From: a virus
Lineage: Duplodnaviria; Caudoviricetes
DNA length: 53,339 nucleotides
IMG/VR virus record: IMGVR_UViG_3300022921_000024
Span: 1-53,339 of that record
Direction: 5' to 3' (one strand)
Below are positions 7,573-17,627 of this stretch, piece after piece. Below the pieces are notes generated by a model. It searched no databases, was not told the origin of the DNA, and saw only the letters and a list, made by a program, of their open reading frames with translations. Position numbers and translations under genes: made by a program. Numbering within the stretch: position 1 is the first letter of the stretch; the number at the start of each line of letters is the position of its first letter.

Positions 7573-8865
7573 ATGGCTGTTACTGGACCCACGGACTTTA
7601 GTCCTTCAATGATTAAAAACTTGTCTATGGACAAGTACATTTCTCTTGGTGCTTACATCAATGAGATTAATAAGCCCGATAACCGCGACGCCTTGGTTAA
7701 GACCTTTGGCGAGCAGGGAATCACTGGCTTCCTTCAGCTGGTTGGTGCTACCAAGGCACAAGCTGTTGCTGATGAAGTCACCTACTGGGAAGAGACTCGT
7801 TTGCACGCTAAGCAAACTGGTTCTTTCTCTGCTGACGACACTTTCTCTGCTGCTTCCGCTGCCGCTGTTATCGTTCGCGTTAACGACGTAGTATTGGTTG
7901 GTGGCGAGACTCGCGCTTTCGTATCTGCAGTTTCTGGCGCTGACATCACGTTGGTTGCTTTGGATGGCTCTACGTTGGCTAGCACGTTGACCGACACTGC
8001 CCTTCCTGTTATTGGTAACTTGTACGCACAAGGAACCGAGCAGCCTGGTGGTGGTTTTGAGTCTAACGTTGTTAAGCGTACGAACCCATTTATGATTATG
8101 AAAGAGGCCTACAAGGTTTCCGGTTCACAAGCTACCAACATTGGTTGGATTGACTTGGGTAACGGCGACTACCGTTGGTACTTGAAGTCTGAAGGTGATA
8201 CTCGTAAGCGCTTTATGGATAAGCGTGAGATGATGTTGCTTTTGGGCGAGACCACTTCTGCTGTTACTGGCATCGCCGGTTCTGAAGGTTACTTCGCTGC
8301 AGTTGAAGACCGTGGTATCGTTTCTTCTGATGCTTTCACCGATATGGACCACATTGACAACATCGTTAAGGAGTTGGACAAGCAAGGTGGTGCTTCTGAG
8401 TACGCTATGTTCGTTAACCGTACGGTTGACTTGGCTATCGACGACTTGTTGGCTGCTGGTGTTGGAACTTTGACCTCTAACGGTGTTTCTGGTCAGTTCG
8501 GTTCTTTCAACAACGACAAGGAGATGGCTATTCAATTGGGCTTCCGTTCATTCACTCGCGGTGGATACACTTTCCACAAGAAAGATTGGAAGTTGTTGAA
8601 TGACCCTACGTTGTTGGCTGATTCTGCTTTCCGTGGCGCTTGTGTTCCTATGTCTAAGGTTGCTGACCCCAAGACTGGTGACAAGGCTCCTGCTTTGGAA
8701 ATGAACTACAAGGCTGCTAACGGCTACAGCCGCGAAATGGAGCACTGGATGACTGGCTCTATCTTGGGTGCGTCTAACGCAACCGAGGACAGCGTACAGT
8801 TCAACTATCGCTCTGAGTGTAACCTCATCACTCGTGCCGCTAACCGTCACGTATTGTTGAAGTAA
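7573..8865 (+). CDS. Major capsid protein 1 (Cellulophaga phi38:1-like podovirus type, 430 aa)
   Basis: Motifs YWEETRLH, KEAYKVSGS, WYLKSE.DTRKRF, GSEGYFAAVEDRG, LGFRSFTRGGYTFHKKDWKLLND. Strong high-expression codon bias. Terminator follows. Confidence 0.88.
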   Translation: MAVTGPTDFSPSMIKNLSMDKYISLGAYINEINKPDNRDALVKTFGEQGITGFLQLVGATKAQAVADEVTYWEETRLHAKQTGSFSADDTFSAASAAAVIVRVNDVVLVGGETRAFVSAVSGADITLVALDGSTLASTLTDTALPVIGNLYAQGTEQPGGGFESNVVKRTNPFMIMKEAYKVSGSQATNIGWIDLGNGDYRWYLKSEGDTRKRFMDKREMMLLLGETTSAVTGIAGSEGYFAAVEDRGIVSSDAFTDMDHIDNIVKELDKQGGASEYAMFVNRTVDLAIDDLLAAGVGTLTSNGVSGQFGSFNNDKEMAIQLGFRSFTRGGYTFHKKDWKLLNDPTLLADSAFRGACVPMSKVADPKTGDKAPALEMNYKAANGYSREMEHWMTGSILGASNATEDSVQFNYRSECNLITRAANRHVLLK

Positions 8866-8885
8866 TCACTTCACCTGGTTTCAAC

Positions 8886-8907
8886 GAGAGGGGCTTCGGC
8901 CCCTCTC
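8886..8907 (+). terminator. Hairpin after capsid gene 1 (C-UUCG-G tetraloop)
   Basis: GAGAGGGGC-TTCG-GCCCCTCTC, with a T-rich tract about 12 nt downstream. Confidence 0.75.
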
Positions 8908-8952
8908 AATGAACCAACTTTTTATTGGTTTTAATTTTAATTCTATCAAACA

Positions 8953-9765
8953 ATGGCTGAAGAACGCCCAACCTCAAAGCGCCCCGCTGCACAAAAGAAA
9001 GCACCGGCCGCTATCAAAACATCTAGCAGCACGTCAAATAAAAAGCCTGCTGCTCCAAAACCCGTAGTATTTTCAATCCCCAAAGGTGGAGGAATCTGGC
9101 AAAAGATTCGTCAAGATGGTATTGTAATCTTTGATGAATCCGTTGGATATAATCGAGAGATTCGATACTCACCCGGAGAAAAGTCAATCTTTGTTGACGA
9201 ACAGTCAAGCACGGCTCGACGTGAGCAGATTGTGTTCCGAGATAAGACATTGATGGTTAATCAAACGATGCCAAATCTTATTGAATACTTACGAAATCAC
9301 CCAGATAATCAGGTAAATGGAGGAAAGTTATTTATTGAAGTAAATAACGAACACAACGCGGAAGAGGAACTGGAAAAAGAGTTCTTGCTTCACGACGCAA
9401 TTTCTTACATTAAAGAATCTGAGATTGATACACTGCTACCACTTGCTCTTTCTTATGGCATTTCAGCGGATTTGTCAAGCCTAGAGATTAAGCGCTCATT
9501 GATTCAACAAGCAAAAGGAAACCCAAAAACGTTTATGGAAAACGTAAACAGCCCGCTTGTTAAACTTAAGGCGCTGGTAATCACGGCATTAGACTTCCAG
9601 ATTTTAAAGTCTAAGTCTGATGGTATGTACTGGTATGATTCTAATCAGATTATTATCCCAACTCCGGCAGGACAGGATACTAAATCTGTGTTCACCCGAT
9701 TCCTTATGTCAGAACGCGGATACGATGTCCGCGAGGAATTGGAACGACAACTTAATGATATGTAA
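8953..9765 (+). CDS. Conserved post-capsid protein of phi38:1-like phages (270 aa)
   Basis: REIRYS...SIFVDEQ...IVF and YLRNHPDN motifs. Position after the capsid gene. Confidence 0.65.
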   Translation: MAEERPTSKRPAAQKKAPAAIKTSSSTSNKKPAAPKPVVFSIPKGGGIWQKIRQDGIVIFDESVGYNREIRYSPGEKSIFVDEQSSTARREQIVFRDKTLMVNQTMPNLIEYLRNHPDNQVNGGKLFIEVNNEHNAEEELEKEFLLHDAISYIKESEIDTLLPLALSYGISADLSSLEIKRSLIQQAKGNPKTFMENVNSPLVKLKALVITALDFQILKSKSDGMYWYDSNQIIIPTPAGQDTKSVFTRFLMSERGYDVREELERQLNDM

Positions 9766-9787
9766 CGACACATATCAATTAATTAAT

Positions 9788-9819
9788 AAAGCACTCTCTA
9801 ACGGGGGTGCTTTTTTTTT
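9788..9819 (+). terminator. Rho-independent terminator, followed by -7 element TATCTTTG (9822-9829)
   Basis: AAAGCACTC-TCTAACG-GGGGTGCTTT plus T run. Confidence 0.75.
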
Positions 9820-9847
9820 AGTATCTTTGTATCTCAAAGATTAACAG

Positions 9848-10594
9848 ATGGCATCGGTTTACGAAGTATATAGTACGCTAAAAGCTCTTGCGAACAAGGA
9901 CACGAATGGTATGATTACGCCATCTCAGTTCAATAAGTTTGCTGGGGTTGCTCAACAGTGCGTCGTTAATGATTTATTTAACGACCTTGTCGGAACGAAC
10001 CGCTTGGGCGTATATAATTTCTCAGAGACTCGCCCGTCGGACAGCAAGAAAAAAATTCTTGAGGATTTAGCCGTTTTTTCGAAAAGCGCTTTAATATCTG
10101 CTGTTTCGGGAACGTTTCAAAAGCCTGATGATTTATTTAGAATCATTAGTATGTCAACAATGGGAAGCTGGGTTTTAGATAGGCTGACTTCTAACAATAT
10201 TGAACTCATTTATGATGAGGAGAAGTTAGAAAGAATCCTACGAAGCACTTTATCAATTCCTACTGACGACACACCCGTTGCATTAATATCTAATGATATA
10301 CAGGTGTTCCCAACATCTGTAAAAAATATTAAATTACGTTATTACAAAACACCAGAAGGTGTTTCTCCTATTGATGGCTCAAAGACTCCAGCATTACCGT
10401 CTTTCGGATATACTGTTGCGGCAAATGGAACCGAAGTTTATGACCCAACTACATCCGTTGACTTTGAACTCCCAAATCATTATATTGAGCCTCTTGTTAT
10501 TGAGATTGCAGAAATGATGGGGGTAAGTCTTCGCCAGAGTGATTTGTATAATTATGCTCAAACTGAAGAGCAGGAAGATAAGAAACTTAAGTAA
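9848..10594 (+). CDS. Head-tail ring/adaptor protein (podovirus-type, module 1)
   Basis: N-terminal VYEVYSTLKALANKDTNGMITPSQFN, LRYYKTP and DFELP motifs, resembling crAss-like/phi38:1-like ring proteins. Confidence 0.65.
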   Translation: MASVYEVYSTLKALANKDTNGMITPSQFNKFAGVAQQCVVNDLFNDLVGTNRLGVYNFSETRPSDSKKKILEDLAVFSKSALISAVSGTFQKPDDLFRIISMSTMGSWVLDRLTSNNIELIYDEEKLERILRSTLSIPTDDTPVALISNDIQVFPTSVKNIKLRYYKTPEGVSPIDGSKTPALPSFGYTVAANGTEVYDPTTSVDFELPNHYIEPLVIEIAEMMGVSLRQSDLYNYAQTEEQEDKKLK

Positions 10595-11400
10595 TGGCTC
10601 GAAACGTAGTAAGCATTAAAGATATTGTAAATGACTTTATTCTAGGTATGTCTGGCGACGACTACGTCAGCGGTACCCCAGATTATGTCGTTCACAATTT
10701 AGCTCTTCGTGGAGTCAGGGAGATGGGATTTGACTTAATGAAAAAACTTAAGTCAATTAACCTTGATGTAAATAAGGAAAACGCAACAGTAGAGCTGCCT
10801 GACGATTTCGTAGACTTTGTTCGAATTGGGTATGGTGGCTCTGATGGTCTTTTTTATTCTTTTAAAGAGAATAAAAACTTAAACACCTCTATGAAATATG
10901 TCATTGACTCGGGAGGGAATCCAATTGATTCTAACGATGATGGAGTAAATGACCGAGAGGATGACAAAACTGGTATTGCAAATCTTGGAAGTAATGCTGA
11001 AAACTATCCGTACGTACAATATGTATACGAGAATACGGATGGCCGACAGTATGGATATGGTGGAGCCCGTGCTGAGGCTCAATTCCGATTAAACTACGAG
11101 CAAAACAGGATTGAGATTTCTACGGATTATATGCTTGACACCGTCACCATCGAGTACATTGCTGACGAAGCGCGTTCTCAGGACCCTAGTGTGCATATTT
11201 ATTGCGAGGAAGCCCTACGTCAATATGTTTATTATAGACTTGTTGAACGCAAATCTGACGTTCCATATAATGAAAAAGCTAGAGCTCGTCAAGAATACTT
11301 TAATGAATTGCGTCGAGCAAACGCACGTATGAATTCATTCTCAAAAGACGAAGCACTATTTACGATTCGCAAGAACTTCCGTCAAAGCCCTAAATTCTAA
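10594..11400 (+). CDS. Second tail ring / tubular protein (module 1)
   Basis: LPDDFVDFVRIG, IEYIAD and VH.YCEEAL..YV motifs. Translationally coupled to the previous gene. Confidence 0.65.
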   Translation: MARNVVSIKDIVNDFILGMSGDDYVSGTPDYVVHNLALRGVREMGFDLMKKLKSINLDVNKENATVELPDDFVDFVRIGYGGSDGLFYSFKENKNLNTSMKYVIDSGGNPIDSNDDGVNDREDDKTGIANLGSNAENYPYVQYVYENTDGRQYGYGGARAEAQFRLNYEQNRIEISTDYMLDTVTIEYIADEARSQDPSVHIYCEEALRQYVYYRLVERKSDVPYNEKARARQEYFNELRRANARMNSFSKDEALFTIRKNFRQSPKF

Positions 11401-11406
11401 GGCCTT

Positions 11407-14400
11407 ATGGCTATTGATAAACTTACACCGCGTGCCTTGACTTTAGACAAGGACCCTAAAATTACCGCACCTGTTGATTTCACATACGCGAATAATCTTC
11501 GCGTTACTGTTGATGCAAATGGTGACGGTGGTGTAATCAAAAATATACTTAGCGATGCGGCCATCACGTTGGACGAATCGATGCCACTAGGCTCAAATAC
11601 TGTTATCGGATGCTATGCATTCGAGCTAATTAACACTCTGTTTTTTTTCATTTCAAACTCAGAGAGCAATCACACGATTTGGCAATACGTAACAAGTGAA
11701 ACAACTGCGCAAAAGGTAATTGAAAGTTCTTACCTTAATTTTCGCGCTGATGATTTTTATTACGTTGACGGCGTTTTGTTTAACAACGAGCCATATTTGT
11801 ATATGACAAATGGGCGAAATGAGCCAATTAAAATCAACCTAAATTCAGCGTTGAGCACACCAGGGTATCCGGTATCAATTAATGATATTTCTGTAGCAAA
11901 ACGCCCGCCGCTTGCTCCGTATGCAGAGTTTGCAACACACAGTGACCACGGCGGCCACAGCTTGATTGGCGAGTCTTTCCAGTTTGCGGCACAATATGTT
12001 TATAGGGATGGCGAGGAGTCGGCAATTGGGCATTACTCACCGCTTTATGCGTCTCCAAATACTCTAAACGAAACGATTGCAAGCCACGCTTGGGAACTTG
12101 AGTATAATTCACTACTTGTAAGCGTAGAGCCTCTTGACAGTTCTGTAGAGAAAGTTCGTCTTTATTTTAGAAACAACTCTTCTGCGCCATTCTACTTTGT
12201 AGAAGAAAAAGACCACACTGGCTCAGTCGTTGAGTTTGACTTTCACAACGATAAGATATATCCAGTACACCCAGACGTCGAGTCAAACAAAATGTTTGAC
12301 GCCGTTCCTCGTTCGGCATCTGCGCAAGCATATATTGGAGGACGCATTGTTTATGGGAACTACAAGGAGGGATTTGACGTACCAGCGCAGAGCGCTACTA
12401 TAACTCCAGTATACTATGATGCTCCAGGCTTAAACAATTTAGATGTAGAGGTATTACCTACGCACGCATCTAATAGAATGGTTATTCGTGTAAATATTGA
12501 CGACCTCCCAGAGAATGGTGACGCTGGAACATTTATTTTAAATGCGGCTCTAAATAAAGCAGGTGTAACACTAAACCAACCACAGACCGCTGTAATTACG
12601 TTTAAAAACGGCACCACGGCGACTGATACTGTAACTCCAAAGTTTGAGACCGAAAAGTATACTATTAATCAATATGCTGAATATAATCAATACTTAAGCA
12701 AAAGCGATTTTGCATCTCAAATAAACAATTCAATTGCCGGAACGGAAATTGAAATACCAGTATTCACTCAAAACAATTATGTTGAACATATAGATTTAGT
12801 TCAGTATAACATATACTACGGAGGAAGTAGCGTTTGGGAGATAGAATCTGTTACGTATGTTACACCAGCTGTTGGAATTCCATTTAACTTATCTACGGTT
12901 CTTGAGTTTAGGCTTAAGCTTGTTAGCGCTGAGCTTGCATCACATTTAATTCAAATAGATTCATCAGGATTAGACGCGGTTGGCGCCACATCGTTTTTAT
13001 CTATAGACAACAGCGCGGATGCGACAATGACCGGAACCTTTGCTTTAATTGATTCATCTGGAGTTTCAGACGCAATATGCTATACGTCAAACGAAATGGG
13101 AAGTAGAGCCTTTAAAAGCGGGGAAAGCCATACTTTCGGAGTTGTTTTTGAAGATTATTTCGGACGTCAAAGCGGTGTGCAGGAAATAGGTGCAACCTAC
13201 GTAGAATGGACAGGCTCTCCAAAAAGAATTGGTAAAAACGGAAAAGCTGCTATAAAGATTGACTTAACATCATTGATGCCGTCTTGGGCGAATAGGTTCT
13301 TCTTTGTGTATGGTGGCGGTGACAACTATGTTAACTACATTCAGTACGCAGTGACTGAAGCCTTTCATTACGAGCAAGGCTCGCCAAAGGTTATATTGTC
13401 CCTTCGCGGACTACAGGGTAATGACCGCTCCTTGCAAAAAGCAAAGGGCGCGGCGATAAATTATTCTTTTTCCGAAGGTGACAAGGTTCGGGTTGTATCC
13501 TATGTATCAACGGATGGAAATATCGTATATCCATACAACCTTGAGTTTGATGTTGTTGATTTTATAAAAACAACTGACCCATCTGAGTTGCCAACCACAG
13601 CAAGTGGCGGGAACACATCGGACCAAAACGAACGAACGTCAGGAGATTTTGTTGTAATTGACGCCAGAAACATCACAGATTTCGGCTGGAGTTATGTTAA
13701 CGATGATGTAGACCTATGGGCAAATGAATGTGTTGTTGAACTTTTTAATGACGGGAAGAAAACATCACAAAATTCAGCATATTATGCTTGCTCTCCTTCA
13801 TATCCAAGAACTGAATACACTAATGTATTTACTTTGACTGATGGAAACTGCTGGTATAAGCCACGATTAATTCGTGGATTCCAATGGGATTCTTCAAATC
13901 CATATACCCCGGCGGACTCGGCTGAGATGGAGGACTATGTCAAATTTGTTGAAGCTGAAGAGTATACTGATTATGACTCCGACGCTAAGTACTACACAAA
14001 GGGAAAAGTTAACGCTGTAATATACAACGAAAAAGAAAACAATCAGTTTGCGTCAATAACTTGGTCAGAGCCGTTAAATACGGATTCATCTTCCCTTGTG
14101 TTGAGTTCTTTTAACAACTCTCTCGCCAACTGGTTTGACTTTGAAATGTCTCAGGGAAACATTCAGGGGATTGCAAACAAATCCGATTTTGCATTAATTA
14201 TGCAAAAAGACGGAATCGCCATAACAAAACCAAATACTGATTTCCTTCAATCCGGAGACAATCAGCTTGTGTCTATAAATAACAACTTTATATCTGGATA
14301 CGCTTACTTCGACTCTAAGATTGGGCTTCAGTATAGAGGTTCTTTTTCTTCAGTAGAGGGAGCTGTTATAGGTTTAGATGTATACAGGGGTATGCTTTGG

Positions 14401-15414
14401 TCTGCTGGTAATAACGGAATAAAAATCATATCTGAAAATGGTATGAGCAAGTATTTCGCAGATTACTGCCGCGAAATTTCAGATAGAGACCAGCGCGGAA
14501 GTGGAGATGTTATTACGGTTTTAGAACCAGGAGCTGAAATAACAAATATAACAATTGGTTACGACCGAAGAAATAAAGAGGTTTTAATAAATAGAATTGA
14601 TTTAACCTCTGTTATTATACCATCTGGAGGTTCGGAGACCGTATATGGATGGTCAAAAGATTATTCCAATCCATCAATCGTTTACAACACGAAAGAGGAG
14701 GTTTTCACATCGTTTAGAGACCTTTGTGCTGACGGTTTTGGGAGCATAAACAATAGGTTTTTTGCAGTTCGCGCAAGCGGCGGCAGTTATATTTGGGAAC
14801 AGGAAGTTGGACCAACTTATGGAAATCTAATCGGGACAAAGTATAATATGTCATTCGACTGCGTTTCAAGCAAGGGCGTGTCTTCAGTAAAGGCATACAA
14901 TGCTGTTTCCATAGAGGGCAACAAGCCCGCATCCTGTGTGTTCACAACTGAAAAACAAACAGCATCACTGAATAGCGCTCGATTCTCTGAAAAAGAAAAC
15001 TCTTTCTTCTCTGGAATGCCAACAGCATCTGGTACAACTGAGTATACTACGGTAGGAAAGGTTAATTCAGTAAGTGGGAATAATGTTACATTCTACAACT
15101 TTGTGAATCGCATTCCGTTTAGGGTCGGCGGAGACGCCTACCTGCTGTCAGGAACAGCGCTATCTTCACTGTCATCAACTATTGATTCTATTGAAAGCGC
15201 AAAAACGCTTTCATTTAGCGACGCTTCTGGCGTTTCTCAAAATAATATAATTGTTGTCAAATCAGACTCTTCAATTGATGGAGATGCGATTAGAGGTCAT
15301 TGGCTAGAGACTAAGTTTACCTTTGAAAACGGGGACGAACAATACCCAACAAAGATTTACGCAGTTAACTTTAATTACGCTCAAAGCGACATTCATCACG
15401 TTTCTCAAGAGTAA
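11407..15414 (+). CDS. Tail stabilisation / muzzle (nozzle) protein, P22 gp10-like (1335 aa)
   Basis: N-terminal LTLDKDPK...YANNLRV, FQFAAQYVYRDGEESA, VPRSASAQ...GGRIVYGNYKEG, GVVFEDYFGRQS and C-terminal GDAIRGHW, as in short-tailed Bacteroidota phages. Confidence 0.75.
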   Translation: MAIDKLTPRALTLDKDPKITAPVDFTYANNLRVTVDANGDGGVIKNILSDAAITLDESMPLGSNTVIGCYAFELINTLFFFISNSESNHTIWQYVTSETTAQKVIESSYLNFRADDFYYVDGVLFNNEPYLYMTNGRNEPIKINLNSALSTPGYPVSINDISVAKRPPLAPYAEFATHSDHGGHSLIGESFQFAAQYVYRDGEESAIGHYSPLYASPNTLNETIASHAWELEYNSLLVSVEPLDSSVEKVRLYFRNNSSAPFYFVEEKDHTGSVVEFDFHNDKIYPVHPDVESNKMFDAVPRSASAQAYIGGRIVYGNYKEGFDVPAQSATITPVYYDAPGLNNLDVEVLPTHASNRMVIRVNIDDLPENGDAGTFILNAALNKAGVTLNQPQTAVITFKNGTTATDTVTPKFETEKYTINQYAEYNQYLSKSDFASQINNSIAGTEIEIPVFTQNNYVEHIDLVQYNIYYGGSSVWEIESVTYVTPAVGIPFNLSTVLEFRLKLVSAELASHLIQIDSSGLDAVGATSFLSIDNSADATMTGTFALIDSSGVSDAICYTSNEMGSRAFKSGESHTFGVVFEDYFGRQSGVQEIGATYVEWTGSPKRIGKNGKAAIKIDLTSLMPSWANRFFFVYGGGDNYVNYIQYAVTEAFHYEQGSPKVILSLRGLQGNDRSLQKAKGAAINYSFSEGDKVRVVSYVSTDGNIVYPYNLEFDVVDFIKTTDPSELPTTASGGNTSDQNERTSGDFVVIDARNITDFGWSYVNDDVDLWANECVVELFNDGKKTSQNSAYYACSPSYPRTEYTNVFTLTDGNCWYKPRLIRGFQWDSSNPYTPADSAEMEDYVKFVEAEEYTDYDSDAKYYTKGKVNAVIYNEKENNQFASITWSEPLNTDSSSLVLSSFNNSLANWFDFEMSQGNIQGIANKSDFALIMQKDGIAITKPNTDFLQSGDNQLVSINNNFISGYAYFDSKIGLQYRGSFSSVEGAVIGLDVYRGMLWSAGNNGIKIISENGMSKYFADYCREISDRDQRGSGDVITVLEPGAEITNITIGYDRRNKEVLINRIDLTSVIIPSGGSETVYGWSKDYSNPSIVYNTKEEVFTSFRDLCADGFGSINNRFFAVRASGGSYIWEQEVGPTYGNLIGTKYNMSFDCVSSKGVSSVKAYNAVSIEGNKPASCVFTTEKQTASLNSARFSEKENSFFSGMPTASGTTEYTTVGKVNSVSGNNVTFYNFVNRIPFRVGGDAYLLSGTALSSLSSTIDSIESAKTLSFSDASGVSQNNIIVVKSDSSIDGDAIRGHWLETKFTFENGDEQYPTKIYAVNFNYAQSDIHHVSQE

Positions 15415-15427
15415 TCAGTATAATTCG

Positions 15428-15435
15428 TATCTTTG
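15428..15435 (+). promoter_or_regulatory. -7 element TATCTTTG
   Basis: 20 nt upstream of ATG 15456. Confidence 0.65.
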
Positions 15436-15455
15436 TAAATCAAGACAATTGAAAT

Positions 15456-16163
15456 ATGAACATATTACAAAAAGCACTTACTCAATCTTCCGGAGCAATT
15501 ATTGGCGGAGCGGTGCAGGCAGGTCTTGGTGCTTATCAGGTTTATCAAGGAAAGAAAGACCTAGCATCAGCTAAGGCTGAAATTGCGGACCTTCGTGCAA
15601 ATGCGCCGTCATTGGCTGTACCCTCTGCTTTTTCTGATTATTATAATAAAGCTATGGACCGCTCCAACTTGGAGTTCCAGAATCAACAAATTGCACGCCG
15701 ACAGGCTGGCAATGTAGCAGCTCTTTCTAGAGCTGGTGGACGAGCCCTAGTTGGGGGACTTGCTGCCACGGAGCAGTCGGCTGCAGAGTCTCAATTCCAA
15801 GCCTCGCAGCAGCAAATGCAACGAGAGATGCAGGCCGCACAGGTTTATGGCGGAGCCCAGCAACAGGCTCAACAGCTTCAGGAATCCAGATATCGTATGG
15901 ATTTAGGTATGGCTGACCAGCAGCGCCAATCTGCTCAGGCGAATATAGCGTCTGGCCTTGGGGCAATTGCTGGTGGAGTTGTTGGTGCGGGGTCTTCATT
16001 TGCTGACGCATACGCACAGCAGTCACAATACGATTCAGAAAAATCAATTATGGCCGCAGGTGGTTCCGTAACTAGGAACAATTTTAATCTCCCTTCCGGA
16101 CTTGGGTTTGGCCAACAGGGTGGAATTAACCCGCAATATAAATATATTAAACCACAACAATAA
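15456..16163 (+). CDS. Internal virion / DNA ejection protein 1
   Basis: Gly/Ala hydrophobic segments at both ends with a Gln-rich helix between them. Follows the nozzle gene, like P22 gp7 or T7 gp14. Confidence 0.65.
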   Translation: MNILQKALTQSSGAIIGGAVQAGLGAYQVYQGKKDLASAKAEIADLRANAPSLAVPSAFSDYYNKAMDRSNLEFQNQQIARRQAGNVAALSRAGGRALVGGLAATEQSAAESQFQASQQQMQREMQAAQVYGGAQQQAQQLQESRYRMDLGMADQQRQSAQANIASGLGAIAGGVVGAGSSFADAYAQQSQYDSEKSIMAAGGSVTRNNFNLPSGLGFGQQGGINPQYKYIKPQQ

Positions 16164-17566
16164 TGGCTGAGCTAGGAGCATCACCAGTAGCTGATTACAG
16201 CAAAATAGGCCAACAGGGATTCCAAATTTCTCAGCAGGCATCAATGCGCGCTGAAAAACAGCAGAACGAACTCAAGGCAGCTTATGCGGCTACAGAGCAG
16301 CAACGCTCCGCGGCAACTCAGGCTATGCTTATGCTTCCACCAGAGGCTGCTGAAGTTATGTCTCAACAGCTAGAAAAGGTTATGACTGAGCGCTCAAAGG
16401 CAATTATGGGGGGCTCATCTATTGCAACTGGTCAATCTGGTCAGGAATTTCAAGAGCTCGCTATGACCGCGGCAAAGATTGGGCAGGTAAATAAGGACCT
16501 AGTTGACAAGTATCAGCGAATTCGTCAAAGTGAAGAGTATTCTAAAAATAAATTAGCATACGACACCTGGTACAATAGCGCTTCAGAAACCATTGCCGTA
16601 GCGGCAGAGTCTGGGCTAGAAGGAGCCTCTCAACTTGATTTTTTCCAGCCACCTGTTTTGCAGCCAGACGCTGATATTGTACAGAAAAACATCCCATTAT
16701 ATCAAAGGGATTTCAACCCTAATATGTATCAGGTAGTAAAGCAAACTGGTTTGACGGTTACTACTACGTTTGATGAGGCAAGGGCAACGGAAAACGCTAG
16801 GCAGTTTACTGCCGACCAGTATAACGCTGGCCCCGGAAACAGAACCTTCAATGATTTAAACTATCAAACTTCTTTGCGTCTTAATCCAGACTTGGCCAAC
16901 GACCCAGAGGCATTAATGGAGATAGGAAATCAGATGACTGCCCCGGGTGGTTTCGAAGACCAATTGTCAGAAATGGGGGTAAAGACCGCCGCTGAGATTG
17001 ATGCTTTGTCCATCACCGCTTCCGAGAAGCGTCAGCTAAAGGCTACGCTTAAGTGGGTTAGCGAACGAGACAATGTTCAGGAGGACCACGTTTTTCAGTT
17101 AGTTGAATCTGTTCGTTTCAATGACCAACGACGCACAAGTCAGGGCAGCCAAGGTGGACCAAATATTGGAGATTTCCCTCGCTCAAAAGGAGAGGCCAAT
17201 CAAATCAACCTTTCAACTAACACACTCACCTCTGCTGGATATAAGAGCGACCAAAAGTTTGGATTCGCTGGAAACAAGAATGGCACCGCTAAGAAGTTTG
17301 GTTCTGGTGCCCAATCTAAGGCGTTTGACGGCATTATCTACGACGGTACGGGGTACAAGGCAATTACGTATGTTCCCAAGCAATCTTGGATTAATCAAAT
17401 CATTGCTGGAACTGCACAGCCTGGAGATATCGCTAACGATATGTTCGACCCAACCAAGTACGAGCAGACGATTACTGGATTGAGCGTTATTCAGGGGGCG
17501 ATTCCTTCTGAAGACTTAATTCTTATGAAGAAAATCGCAGAAGATGAGTATCTAGACGCCATCTAA
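16163..17566 (+). CDS. Internal virion / DNA ejection protein 2 (467 aa)
   Basis: Q/A-rich helical protein between the small and giant ejection genes. Confidence 0.55.
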   Translation: MAELGASPVADYSKIGQQGFQISQQASMRAEKQQNELKAAYAATEQQRSAATQAMLMLPPEAAEVMSQQLEKVMTERSKAIMGGSSIATGQSGQEFQELAMTAAKIGQVNKDLVDKYQRIRQSEEYSKNKLAYDTWYNSASETIAVAAESGLEGASQLDFFQPPVLQPDADIVQKNIPLYQRDFNPNMYQVVKQTGLTVTTTFDEARATENARQFTADQYNAGPGNRTFNDLNYQTSLRLNPDLANDPEALMEIGNQMTAPGGFEDQLSEMGVKTAAEIDALSITASEKRQLKATLKWVSERDNVQEDHVFQLVESVRFNDQRRTSQGSQGGPNIGDFPRSKGEANQINLSTNTLTSAGYKSDQKFGFAGNKNGTAKKFGSGAQSKAFDGIIYDGTGYKAITYVPKQSWINQIIAGTAQPGDIANDMFDPTKYEQTITGLSVIQGAIPSEDLILMKKIAEDEYLDAI

Positions 17567-17592
17567 TCGTTACATAATATAACATTTTTTCG

Positions 17593-17600
17593 TATATTTG
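17593..17600 (+). promoter_or_regulatory. -7 element TATATTTG
   Basis: Upstream of the probable start ATG 17628. Confidence 0.6.
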
Positions 17601-17627
17601 TTGTGCTCAAACTTCAAGCACGACATT

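Noticed and set aside
7606-8850. Long antisense ORFs over capsid gene 1 (similar ones at 49716-50291 and 50617-51030)
   Set aside because: Shadow ORFs caused by strong codon bias on the coding strand. They show no protein-like features.
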